The notes under the pieces are model-generated. The model was not told the origin of the DNA. It was given only the letters and a program-made list of their open reading frames with translations, and made no database searches. This document shows positions 50,500-64,000 of a stretch of DNA of 64,000 nucleotides, piece after piece (positions within the stretch are counted from its first letter, which is position 1; every line of letters starts with the position of its first letter). This DNA comes from the human T2T-CHM13v2.0 reference genome, Homo sapiens: NCBI RefSeq assembly GCF_009914755.1, contig NC_060947.1; one strand, written 5' to 3'. The position numbers and the translations under genes are program-made.

Positions 50500-50836
50500 A
50501 CCAATAGAAAGGAACGCTATAATGTGGATGAACCTCAAAAACACTATGCCAAGTGAAAGAAGCCAGACACATGATTCCATTTATATCAAATATCCAGAAT
50601 AGGCAAATCCATAGAGACAGAACACAGATTGGTGGTTACTAGGGGTGAGAGGGAAGGGGTAATTGAGGGCAAGCATTTAACAGGTTTAAGGTTTCCTTTT
50701 GGAATAATGAAAATGTTTTAGATCTAGATAGAGGTGACTGTTGTACAACATTGTGAATGTACTAAACACCACCAAATTGTATACATTAAAGTGGTTGGTT
50801 TGGGGTTACATGTAATTTAACCTCAATAAAAAAAAA
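50500..50836 (+). mobile_element. L1MB 3' end
   Basis: gtggatgaacctcaaaaacactatgccaagtgaaagaagccagac...cctcaataaaaaaaa. Confidence 0.85.
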
Positions 50837-50964
50837 GAATATTCTCTTCCCTTCTGCTGAACAAAATATTACGAGCTTTATGCCAATCAGCTTTGTACAG
50901 CATTTATACTTCAGTCCCTACAAATTCATCTTGGCAGTAGTAGTTTTAATATGAGCCACTTATC

Positions 50965-51820
<856 letters not shown>

Positions 51821-51974
51821 ATATAACTTCCTCAAACAATTCTTATTAAAGATATTATTAAAACTTATTAAAGATAATGCAACTCAGGGCATGAGTAACA
51901 TATTCCATTCCAAAGTAAGAATGAGTCTACCTACAGGGCTGTTACCTGTTCCATTAAAGTTACTGATGCCACTT

Positions 51975-53080
51975 GACATTGGTCTTGGCAATAATTTTTT
52001 GGATATGACACCAAGAGCATAGGCAACAAAAGCAAAAATAAATAAGTGGGACTATATCAGACTAGAAAGCATCTACACAGCAAAGAAACCAATAAACAAA
52101 ATGAAAAGGCAACCGATAGAATGGGAGAAAATATTTGAAAACCATATATCTGATAAGGGGTTAATATCCAAAATGTACAATTAACTTATACAACTCAGTA
52201 GCAAAAAAAGCCCAAATAACCCTATTGAAAAATGGGCAAAGGACCTGAATAGACATTTTTTCCAAAGAAGACATACGAATGGCCAACACATATATGAAAA
52301 GATGCTCAACATCATTAATCATCAAGGAAATGTAAATCAAAACCATAGTGAGATATTACCTCACACTGGTTAGGGTGGCTAGTACCAAAAAAATAAAGGT
52401 AAGTAGTGGTGAGAATATGGAGAAAAGGGAAACTTGTACACCGTTGGTGGGGAATATAAAATGGTGAAGCCACTGTGGAAAACAGTATGGAGGGTCTTCA
52501 AAAAATTAAAAATAGAAATACCATATGATCCAGCATTCCTACTCCTGGGTATTTATTCAAAAGAATTGAAATCAAGATCTCAAAGAGATGTCTGCACTCC
52601 CATGTTCACTGCAGCATTATTCACAATAACCAAGATATGGAAACAGCCTAAATATCCATTGAAAGATGAGTGGATAAAGAAAACATGGTATATATACACA
52701 ACGAAATACTATTCAGCCTTAAAAAAGAAGGAAATCCTGCCATATGCAACAACATGGGGTGAAACTTGAGGACATTGTGCTAAGTGAAATAAGCCAATCA
52801 TATCAAGACAAATACTGCAAGACATCATTTGTATGAGGTATATAAAGTAGTCAAACACAGGAGCAGACAGTAGAATGACTGTTGCCATGAGATGGGGGTA
52901 GGGAGAAATAGGGAATTGCTATTCAACAGAGAGAAGGTTTCAGTTACGTGAGATGAAGAAGTTCTAGAGATCTGCTGTACAACATTGGGCCTATAGTTAA
53001 CAATACTTTATTGTTCACTTAAAATTTTGTTAAGAGGACAGATTTCATGTTAAGTGTTCTTACCACAATAAAAAAAACTG
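51975..53080 (+). mobile_element. L1MA(9/10)-type 3' end
   Basis: ORF 52434-52769 reads [21 protein letters not shown]...CTPMFTAALFTITKIWKQPK...; ends gtgttcttaccacaataaaa. Confidence 0.9.
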
Positions 53081-53423
53081 AAGCATCTAGATAAGTGCTC
53101 TAATACAGGGAAGGAATCACAGACCAGGGACACTTAACCAGCCTAAAGAGAATAATAGAAGGCTTCCCCAAGGTGGTGAGTTCAGTGTGAAGGACAAGTC
53201 ATAATTAGCGAGGTGAGGAAGTAGCAAGTGTGGATGTACTAAAGTTTGAAGGGACTTCCCAGTAGAAAGAAAACATGGCAGCTCAGGCTGCCATAACCAA
53301 ATACCAAAGACTGGGTGGCTTAAATAACAGTATTTTCTCTCAGTTCTGCAGGTTGGAAGTCCAAGACCAAGGTGTTGGTGGGTTTGGTTTCTTCTGAGGC
53401 CTCTCTCCTTGGCTTGCAGATGA

Positions 53424-53831
<408 letters not shown>

Positions 53832-54184
53832 TAGTCACCTCTTCAAAGACTCTATCTTCAAATATAGTCACATTCTGAGGTACTAGGGGTTGGGCTTAAG
53901 CACACTAATTCTGGAGAAACACAATTCAGCACATAGCGAGCATTCACAAAAGTATGGAGGTGAAAGAATACACTGTAGGCCCAGGAAATCGCAGGTACTT
54001 GTTATAGCCTGTGGCTGTTTGGTGAAAGATGAAGTACAACTGAGAAGTTTGGGTTTTACATAGAGGCAATGGGAAAATGTTGGGGGAGTATTGTGATTGA
54101 GTGGTGCTTTAGAAAGACCATCACAGTGGCAATGGTGAGGCTCCATTGTAGTGGGGCCAAAACTAGAAGATGGGAAACCAATTT

Positions 54185-54783
54185 TATCAGTTAGCTTTTG
54201 CTGAGAGAGGAACTACCCCCCAAAATTTAGTAGCTTACAAAACACAAACACACACACATATTTATTTACCTCACAATTTTGTGGTTTGGCAATTTGGACC
54301 GGGCTCAGCTGCGCAATTCTGCTGATCTGGGCCAAGCTTGGCTGAACTTGGCTGGGCTCGCTCATGTATTTGCTGTCTGTGGCCAGGTCAGCTGAGGGTG
54401 GGCTGGTCTAGGATGGCTCAGATGAGATGGAGCATCTCTGTTCCACATGGTCTCTCATCATCCAGCAGGCTGTTCTGGGTTTGCCCATGTGGCAGTGGTG
54501 GTAGGACTTCCTAGAACAAGGTAGAAAGAACACAAGGCCTCTTGAGCCTCATGCTTGGAACTCACATAATGTTGCTTCCACTGCAAAGCAAGTCTCAAAG
54601 CCAGCCCAGATTCAAGGATTGGAAACAGAGATTCCATTTCTTTTATTTTCCTTCCTTCCTTCCTTCCTTCCTAACTTCCTCCCTCCCTCCCTCCCTCCTT
54701 TCTTCTCTTTCTTTCTCTCTCTCCCTTCCTTCCTTCCTTCCTTCCTTCCTTCCTTCCTTCCTTCCTTCCTTTCTTTCTTTCCT

Positions 54784-54838
<55 letters not shown>

Positions 54839-55222
54839 CTCTTTCTTTCTTTCTGATGGAGTCTTGCTCTGTTGCCCAGGCTGGAGTGCAGCAGTGGCAC
54901 CATCTTGGCTCACTGAAACCTCCACTTCCCAGGTTCAAGTGATTCTCCTGCCTTAGGGTCCCTAGCAGCTGGGACTACAGGCACACCACCAACCCGGCTA
55001 ATTTTTTTATTTTTAGTGGAGATGGGGTTTCACCATGTTGGTCAGGCTGGTCTCGACCTCCTGACCTCATGTGATCAGGATTGATCAGGATTGATTGTGA
55101 TCCGCCTGCCTCGGCCTCCCAAAGTGCTGGGATTACAGGCATTAGCCACCACGCCCAGCCGATTCCATTTCTTGATGGAAGGAGCTGCAATTATTTGTGG
55201 CCATCTCTACAGTCCACTACAC
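54185..55222 (-). mobile_element. MLT1 (F/H-like) LTR interrupted by an Alu
   Basis: tatcagttagcttttgctg...ccccaaaatttagtagctta...ccagcccagattcaagg...cttgatggaaggagctgcaa. Confidence 0.7.
54643..55160 (-). mobile_element. AluS with ~210-bp (TTCC)n/(TTTC)n tail
   Basis: Reverse dimer 54856-55160; pyrimidine tract 54643-54855; TSD gattccatttctt. Confidence 0.93.
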
Positions 55223-55503
55223 CAGCTAGGAAGTAACATTTTATAATTCAGAAGGAAATAAGTAAGAGGAATAGAACTGAATTAATGACAATGGAGATGG
55301 ATGAGAGACTGAGTTGGGAGAAGTCAGTGATCATTTGGGGATTGGCTGGGTCCTCTGGTTCTGACTCGGGTGATGAAGAGATTGATGGCATTGTCAGAGG
55401 TATTTGAACCAGAGCAACTCCATCTTGAATAGGGGCTGGGTAAAATAAGGCTGAGCCATACTGGGCTGCATTAAGGCATTCTTAATTAGGAATGCCTTAA
55501 CTA

Positions 55504-55807
<304 letters not shown>

Positions 55808-56261
55808 CTAAAGCATTTTTGGGTTTGTTAAGGAGGTTAAGGCATTCTTAGTCACAGGATGACAGGAGGTTGGCACAAGATATGGGTCATAAAGACCTTG
55901 CTGATAAAACAGCATGAGGTAAAGAAGCTAGCAAAATCCCACCAAAACCAAGATGGCAACAAAAGTGACTTCTGGTTGTTCTCACTGCTCATTATATGCT
56001 AATTATAATACATTAGCATGCTAAAAGACACTCTCACCAACGCCATGACAGTTTACAGATGCCATGGCAACATCCAGAAGTTACCCTACATGGTCTAAAA
56101 AGGGGAATTGCCCTCAGCTCTGGGAATTGCCCACCCCTTTCTCATAAAACTCTGGAGTAATCTACCCCTTGTTTAGCATATAATCAAGAAGTAACAATAA
56201 GTATCCTTAGTCGAGTAGCTCAAGCCACTCCTCTGCCAATGAAGTAACCATTCTTTATTCC

Positions 56262-56531
<270 letters not shown>

Positions 56532-56919
56532 TAATAGAGCTGGCTTCACTTTACTCTAGGGACTCACCCTGAATTCTTTCTTATGCAAGATCCAAGAACC
56601 CTCTCTTGGGGTCTGGATCAGGATCCCTTTCCAGTAACAGCATCGCTTAGAAGATGAGTGTGAGAGGCAGCGCTGATGGTCAATCTGACCAGATCATATC
56701 ATTGTGTTGAGATTTACCTCTTCTACTTGCTTGCACAGCCTTTATAGTTATAAGCATAAAACATCATTATCTGCTAATGAATGAAATAAAACAACAGAAG
56801 TGGAAGGGATACCTGTGGGTAGCAGTTTACTGTTGCTCTAGGGAGCGAAAATTTGTACTGTTTTTAAGTGGCAGAGAAAAATAGTAGGGGCAATGTTTTT
56901 CTTGTGTGGGAACTTGTAT

Positions 56920-57260
56920 CAGGGACTTTGCACGTGCTGTTCCCTTGGCTGAAAATATCTTACCACCCTATCTCTCTGCCTGCCTCTCTGCTGGCTCCTT
57001 CTTAGCCTCCAAGTTTCAGTTTACACATCACTGTCACAAAGAGACCTTTCCTGTCGACCCTATCTCAATGCGCCTCTTCCCCTGCCAGTTACTACTACAG
57101 CGCTCTCTTTAATTCTTTCTCAGCAGTGTTCACAATCTGCTGCTATCTTGGTTTGGCTTATTTGTGTGTTTGTGTCTCTCCCATTACATTAACATTAAGC
57201 TTTGAGATCAGAAATATTATCTGTCTTGTTTACCCCACAAAGAGCTTGGCAGATTCTAGC
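56920..57260. mobile_element. L2 3' fragment
   Basis: agggactttgcacgtgctgttcccttggctgaaaat...gagacctttcctgtcgaccc...taagctttgagatcagaaatattatctgtcttgttt. Confidence 0.65.
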
Positions 57261-57264
57261 GGCT

Positions 57265-57718
57265 TGTGAAAGGAAAATAAAAACGCAGGACACCAATTCA
57301 CTGCCAAAAGGAAAAAATGAAGCTGAAAGCTGAGTCATGCCAGAAGCTGCCTTTCCCTTTGTTCCTAAGCTGATAGCTACAGATAAAAGGTTAAATATCT
57401 CTGCAGGTAGCTACTCTGTGTTCACCTTATCTTATGTACAGTGATTTACTGAGTGAGAGACGAATACATAATTGACTCTTCCCCTACCTGCTCCTTTTCT
57501 CTTGCAACATGTGAATATCATACCCTCCTCCCTCTTTCCCCTCCAGCCTGCTTTTCCCCTTTAAAAACTGAAGCCCTCAAAATCATCTTTGGAGAAAGGC
57601 ACAGACCACAGACTGTTTCTGTGATTCTCTGTTTCCTCTCCTCCGGGCATGTCCTTAACCTTGGTAAAATAAACTTCTAAATGGATTGAGACCTGTCTCA
57701 GATACTATTTGGTTTACA
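57265..57718 (+). mobile_element. MER4-family solo LTR (ERV1)
   Basis: Starts tgtgaaaggaaaataaa; ends aataaacttctaaatggattgagacctgtctcagatactatttggtttaca; TSD ggct/tgct. Confidence 0.85.
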
Positions 57719-57840
57719 TGCTCAATATATATTTTTTAAATGAAAACATTGTTATCTCCATGGCTAGAGAGTAAATATAGATGATGTTCTTCCTTAGGCA
57801 CTCTTCTTTTTAATCTGCTTTAATATGAATTTAGAAATGT

Positions 57841-58144
57841 GGCCAGGCATGGTGGCTCACACCTATAAGCCCAGTACTTTAGGAGGCCAAGACAGGAGGA
57901 TCGCTTGAGCCCAAGAGTTCAAGACCAGCCTGGCCAATGTGGCAAAGCCACGTCTCTACAAAAAATACAAAAATTAGCTGGGCGTGGTGGTGCGCGCCTG
58001 TAGTCCCAGCTTCTTGGGTAGCCAACACAGGAGGATAGCTTGAGCCCAGGAAGTCGAGGTGGCAGTGAGCTGAGATGGTGCCACTGCAATCCAGCCTGGA
58101 GATCGTGACAGTGAGACCAGGCACGGGGGCTCACGCCTGTAATC
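57841..58144 (+). mobile_element. Tailless AluJ fused to a second Alu head fragment
   Basis: ...gtgagac|caggcacgggggctcacgcctgtaatc. Confidence 0.85.
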
Positions 58145-58189
58145 TAGACGGCAGACCTTTTAAAGAAATTAGTAAAATTATTTTAAAGA

Positions 58190-58395
58190 AGCTGTGGCAT
58201 AATGGTTAAGAGCACAAGCTTTAAAGCCAGACTGCTTGGGTTTAAGCCTGGGCTCTACCATGAACTGTCTGTATGACCCTAGATACATTATTTACTTTCT
58301 TTGTGCCTCACTGTCTTCATATGTAAAATGGGGATAATAGTACCTATCTCACTATCTAATGAAGGCTAAATGACTTAACATACATAAAGGACATA
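58190..58395 (+). mobile_element. MIR
   Basis: gcataatggttaagagcacaagctttaaagccagactgcttgggttt...ctttgtgcctcactgtcttcatatgtaaaatggggataatagtacctatctca. Confidence 0.85.
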
Positions 58396-58529
58396 ATAGA
58401 CATTCAGTATATATTTACTACATTAGTAGATCACTTCAGTGTTTAAACACATCTTTAATATCAAAATCTTCCCTATATGTTAAAGCAGTGTTCTTGAAAT
58501 ATACTACAGGCTATCAGCAGAATACCCTG

Positions 58530-58908
58530 CTTTGCTTTGCTTTCCTTCCTTCCTTCCTTCCTTCCTTTCTTCCTTCCTTCCTTCCTTTCCTTCCTTTCTT
58601 CCTTCCTTTCCTTCCTTCCTTCCTTTGAGACAGAGTCTCACTCTATCGCCCAGACTGGAGTACAGTGGCATGATCTCGGCTCAGTGTAGCCTCCGCCTCC
58701 CGGGTTTAAGCGATTCTCCTGCCTCAGCCTCCTGAGTAGCTGGGATTACAGGCATGCACCAACACAGCGGGCTAATTTTTGTATTTTTAGTAGAAACAGG
58801 GTTTCACCATGTTGATCATGCTGGTCCCGAACTCCTGACCTCAGGTGATTAACCCGCCTCAACCTCGCAAAGTGCTGGGATTATAGGTGTGAGCCACCTT
58901 GCCCAGCC
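58530..58908 (-). mobile_element. AluS with (TTCC)n tail
   Basis: Reverse dimer. Confidence 0.93.
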
Positions 58909-59162
58909 TACACTAATTTTCTTAATACTCCTGTAGGTCCAGCGTTTTCAGTGGATAACTGCAAATGTCCATTTCTTTCGAGAAACAAACCTTCTTGGCA
59001 GTTTTGAGAGAACTTGATAGCTCAAGTCTCATTGTCAAATCACAGTGGGAATTTGGCTATGAAAACAATTACTGTATTAGTTTGAACTTTTGTGGCTTCA
59101 AGTGCCAGGAAACTCAGCTCAAACTTGTTTAGCATCATATAATAATAATGATAATAATCCTT

Positions 59163-59596
59163 CGTAACAGCACTAGACACAGAGATGCACCACCCGGATC
59201 CCCCTCAAGGGAAGGACTTGCTGCACAGCTGCAGGGACTGCAGTCGCCAGATAGCTCCAGCTCCAGTTTGTCAGTTTCTTCTGGGGCTGCCTCTGGTGGG
59301 GAGAGCCATCTCCCTTGAAGTCATACCCTCTCTATACAACCCACATCCAATGACTGTGTGAGGCAGAGCTGTAAACACCCACCTTGAGACAACTCTGACT
59401 GAAAATACTTCCAGAGCTCCCTGCTGGACTGGCTAAGGCTTCATCAGACCTGCTTCAGCATCGTTCGGCATCGCTCAGCATCGCTCGGCCCAATCCTGTG
59501 TCATCCTTCTTTCACAGGTATTATCCCTTCCTTATAAACACTTTGCATCCCGAACTCCATCTCAGTGTCAGCCTCTGAGGGACCCAGCCTGCCACA
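59163..59596 (+). mobile_element. LTR16-family solo LTR (ERVL)
   Basis: cccggatccccctcaagg, aacccacatccaatgact, gacaactctga, ccagagctccc, gcccaatcctg, ctccatctcagtgtc. Confidence 0.75.
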
Positions 59597-59601
59597 GTAA
59601 C

Positions 59602-60182
59602 TGTTTAGTCAGGGTTTTCCAGAGGGACAGAGCCAATAGGACATATGTATATATGAAAGGGACTTTACTAAGGAGAACTGGCTCACGCGATCACAAGGCA
59701 AAGTCCCATGACAGGCCGTCTGCAAGCTGAGGAAAGAGAGAAGCCGGTAGTGGCTCAGTCGGAGTCCAAAAACCTCAAAACCAGGGAAGCCGACAGTGCA
59801 GCCCCCAGTCGGAGGCTGAAGGGCCTGAGAGTCCCCGGTAAGCCACTGGTCCAAGTCCCAGAGTCCAAAGGCCAAAGAACCTGGAGTCTGATGTCCAAGG
59901 GCAGGAGGAGCAGAAGGAAGCATCCAGCACAGGAAAAAGAAGGAAGCCAGAAGACTCAGCAAGCCAGCTTATCCCACCTTCTTCCACCTGCTTCGTTCTA
60001 GCTGTGCTAGCAGCCAATGGAATGGTGTCCACCCACATTGAGGATAGGTCTTCCTTTCCCAGCCCACTGACTCAAATGTCAATTTCCTCTGGCAACAGCC
60101 TCACAGACACACCCAGAAACAATACCAGCTATGTAGCTACCCTTCTATCCAATCAAGTTGACACCTAATATTAACCATCACG
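59602..60182 (-). mobile_element. MLT2A (A2-like) HERV-L solo LTR
   Basis: Minus-strand start (c)gtgatggttaatattaggtgtcaacttgattgg; ends ctctggaaaaccctgactaaaca; 5-bp TSD gtaac (59597-59601 and 60183-60187). Confidence 0.88.
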
Positions 60183-60925
60183 GTAACTTAGCTGGCCATT
60201 GGTAAATTTGGCTTTGGCCATGGTTGCACATGGGAATACAGAGCTCAAAAATATACAATCAAGCCCTGTCTTCCGTCTCTCAGTACAACTCTGCTCTCAT
60301 CTGTCTGTTGACCCATTCATAAGAGGCCACCTCATGGCTGGAAGGTGGCTGCCAGGAACTCCTGGGATGATATCCTTCCATTTCACACCCAGCAAAAAGG
60401 AGCAAGCATCTTTATCCCAGCATCCCCAGAATTCTTGAAGTTCACAGTAACAGGGCTAGCATGGGTCAAGTGCCCAACTCTGAACCAATCACTGTGGCTG
60501 GGAGAAGGTGATGCTGATTTTCTTCAGGTGTAGGTCATATGCTTCACACTGAGAGTGTGAGGGTGGGAGAGGAATAATTTGCCAAATGAAAGCTCGGAGG
60601 TGTGGTCAGCAGTGGGTGAAAATCTTTTTGCTCAGAAATGTCCCCCACAATCACTCCTTGAGTCAGTTTTAACCTTATTCCGATTAAAAGTCTAAACTTC
60701 GGTAAAGGTAAAGGATATAGGTAAAATGGATTCTGGAATGAGACTGGGAATATCTCATTGAATGCTATTCAAAAATCATTTCTGGAATACCTGCTGTGTG
60801 TAGAGCATAATACAAGGTATTGTTAGAAGATAGAGAGTCTCTACCCTCAAGATATTTAAAGTCTGATTGAATATATACTCATTCTGCACTTGCAGAATAA
60901 CATCAACACGTTTAAAGTGAGAGTA

Positions 60926-61212
60926 GGCCAGGCGTGGTGTCATGTGCCTGCAGTCCCAGCACTTTAGAAGGCCAAGGCTGGAGGATTGCTTGAGCCAGGA
61001 GTTCAAGACCAGACTGCAACACAGTGAGATCCTATCTTTATAAAAGACAAAAATTTAGCTGAGTATGGTGGCTCGTACCTGTGGTCCCAGCTACTTGAAA
61101 GACTGATGTGGGAGGATCACTTGAGCTTGGGAGGTCAAGGATCCCAGCGAGTCATGATCATGCCACTGCTCTCCAGCCTGGGTGACAGAGTGAGACCCTG
61201 TCTCAAAAGAAA
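60926..61212 (+). mobile_element. AluJ
   Basis: Dimer; TSD aaagtgagagta. Confidence 0.92.
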
Positions 61213-61704
61213 AGTGAGAGTAGACGTTCTGAGAATCTCACACATGTGGGATGGGGCAGGAAAACAAAAATGTCTGCTGATTGGCTAGAGCAGCCATCTC
61301 GAAGCCCACAAATCTGACTCTGGTCATGTGAGCTTCAGGCTTTCCTGCAGAGCCTGTCCATTGTTACCTTTACTTACAGTTGAATGATCATGGTAAACTT
61401 GTTCCCTCAGCTCACAATTTAGAAGTCACAGATTATAGAAGCGAGGAGGTAGCAGGCCAAGTGACCCTAGAGGCAGTGAGAAGGGATGACTAACTGGTTA
61501 AAAGAGAGAGAGGAGACAGAACCATTTAGGTAAGATGTAAGAGATTGCAACTAAATTGAATAAATAAGCTATAGAGAAAAAACAGGCTCACATAAGTCTT
61601 TTAAAAGAGTGAAAGAAAATGCACCAAAATGTTTCTAGGCCTAAAAGAGCAATTTTCCTTCACCCTTTTTATGACTTTCCAAATTTCCTATAAGGACATA
61701 ATAC

Positions 61705-62031
61705 TTTTTTTTTTTTTTTTTTTTTTGAGACAGGGTCTTACTTTGTCACCCAGGCTGGAGTGCACAAATGTGGCTCATTGCAGTCTTGGCCTCCTGAGCT
61801 CAAGCGGTCTTCTCGCCTCAGCCCCCCAAGTAGCTGGAACTACAGGCGCATGCCACCATGCCTGGCTAAATTTTTGGATTTGTTTTTGTGTTTTTGTTGT
61901 TGTTGTTGTTTGTAGGGACGGGGGTTTCCTCATGTTGCCCAGGCTGGTCTCAAACTCCTGACCTCAAGCCATCTGCCCGCCTCAGCCTCCAAAAGTGCTG
62001 GGATTACAAGCATGAGTCACCACACCTAACC
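61705..62031 (-). mobile_element. AluJ
   Basis: Reverse dimer; TSD cataatactttt. Confidence 0.92.
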
Positions 62032-62378
62032 CATAATACTTTTATATAAGGGGGAAAACAAGTGTTATATTAAAACCATAGCTGTTAGAACTAGTATAAA
62101 GCACTCCAGGGTGGGCCATAGGGCAAATTGTCCCACATATCTTGGTGCCCATGGAACTATGGCATACCAAAGAAAGGCTAAATTATATTTATTATCCATC
62201 TTAAAAGAAGGCAATAATTTTACAATCTATTTCAAGATTTTTTTCTATTAAAAGGGTTAAATTTTAAAGAAAAAAATTGTCATTAAAAGGAGTAACTTGA
62301 GTTCCACGGACAATTCCCTTATGTACAGCAATTCCTACCCCAGAAAGCTCATTTACTTGGGTAAATAAGACATTACTA

Positions 62379-62680
<302 letters not shown>

Positions 62681-62909
62681 GACACATTGCTGGAGCACAT
62701 AGGAGGAACATAGTGAAGGAACAACCCTCACAAGATGTCATTCATCCTTGGCCTTGAGAGTGGACATCAGCATGGGGGTGGGGCTGATGGGGACTGCAGC
62801 ATACAGGGGACTCGAGGAAAGGCTAGAGCACCGTGGAGTAGTGCTGGGCAGGGTTGGAGATGTCTGCGTGCAACAGCTGCAGCCAAACCCAAGACAAGTA
62901 GATCTTCAT

Positions 62910-63112
62910 TTCTTTTTTATTATTTAAAAAAATTTTAAAAATATGTATAGATTTGGGGGCATAAGTGCAGTTTCATTACATGAATATGTTGCGTAGTGGT
63001 GAAGTCTGGGCATCTAGTGTAGCCGTCACCCGAATAGTGCACATGCATCCATTAATTTCTCATCCCTCACCCGCCTCTCACATCCCACCCCTCCGAGTCT
63101 CCAGTGTCTGGT
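62910..63112 (-). mobile_element. L1PB/L1MA 3' end fragment
   Basis: tagatttgggggcataagtgcagtttcattacatgaatatgttgcgtagtggtgaagtctgggc. Confidence 0.8.
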
Positions 63113-63532
63113 ATTCCTCTGAGCTGTCTCCCCACAGCCCCAATACACGTACACTCTCACATTCTCAAACACATGAAGGGCACAGGCCTGGAGAAGAAAG
63201 GTAAGTCCAAGCCTGGCCCACAAGAGTCAAGTAAGTGTCTGAATAGTCTTACTGGTGATCTAAAAATAGTGATTGAGATAATGCTTATAAAGCTTGCTGG
63301 TTACTTTAAAATGTTAGCACCTTTAACACCTTAAGCAAAGCCTGGAAGCACATATAAAGGAAAGTATATTTATGGAAATACCTGATAAGGCAGAATAAGG
63401 CCTTTGTGCCATAATCTATCTTTATAAAAAGTAGAACTATTTTGTTAACAGAAATGTATTGTAAAAAAATTCTATATTTGCCATGTTTGGCCTTGGTCAG
63501 GCCCCTTGATTTAAATGGTATCCTTCCCTTAA

Positions 63533-63706
63533 GGCTGGGCATGGTGGCACATGCCTGCAATCCCAGCTCTTTGGGAGGCTGAGGTGGGAGAATCACTTCT
63601 GCAATCACCAACCACAGGCCAGAATTTCAAGGCTGCAGTGAGCTATGATTGCATCACTGCACTCCAGCCTGGGCAACAGAGTGAGACCTCATCTCTAAAA
63701 AAAAAA
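63533..63706 (+). mobile_element. Alu monomer (FRAM-like) with a short internal insertion
   Basis: Right-arm-like monomer with A tail. Confidence 0.8.
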
Positions 63707-63731
63707 TTAATTAATTAATTAGAAATAGATG

Positions 63732-63988
63732 GCCAGGCATGGTGGCTCACCCCTGTAATCCCAGCACTTTGGGAGGCCAAGGCAAGTGAATCATTTGAGC
63801 CCAGGAGTTTGAGACCAGCCTGGGCAACATGGCAAAATCCCTTCTATACAAAAAAATTAGCTGGGCTTGGTCCCAGCTACTCAGGAGGCTTTGAGCCCAG
63901 GAGGTCCAGGCTGCAGTGATCTGTGATCATGCCACTGCACTCTAGGCTGGGCAACAAAGTGAGACCCTGTCTCAAAAAAGAAAAAAAT
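63732..63988 (+). mobile_element. AluJ with internal deletions
   Basis: Dimer; TSD aaatagatgg. Confidence 0.88.
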
Positions 63989-64000
63989 AGATGGTACACA

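Noticed and set aside
54542-54942. ORFs rich in SFLP / KEGR repeats
   Set aside because: Translations of the (TTCC)n/(TTTC)n microsatellite.

Overview
Primate, almost certainly human, genomic DNA. The only protein-coding segment is coding exon 1 of SLC9A7 (Na+/H+ exchanger NHE7, Xp11.3) on the minus strand (ATG at 38045, GT donor after 37721), inside a CpG-island promoter. Positions 1-37720 are intron 1 (exon 2 is not in the window) and 38.6-64 kb is upstream intergenic DNA. Intron 1 holds a full-length processed CHMP5 pseudogene (about 3139-4861, minus strand) with a lost ATG, two nonsense codons, a poly(A) tail and a degenerate TSD. The rest is mostly interspersed repeats: about 37 Alu/FRAM copies, old L1M fragments, MIR/L2, MER20 and LTRs (MER41B, MER4, MLT2A, LTR16, MER68/77-like, MLT1). 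Nearly all other ORFs in the supplied track are repeat-derived or GC-rich shadow ORFs. I found no convincing new biological system. The best leads are: a possible in-frame SLC9A7 exon 1 to CHMP5-retrocopy terminal-exon chimera; a 17:1 Alu strand bias in intron 1; an unexplained TSD-flanked poly(A)-tailed insert; a templated palindromic insertion and decayed GAS sites in MER41B; and several cruciform-prone repeats. Repeat family names come from recalled consensus sequences, not a RepeatMasker run, and boundaries of old repeats are approximate.
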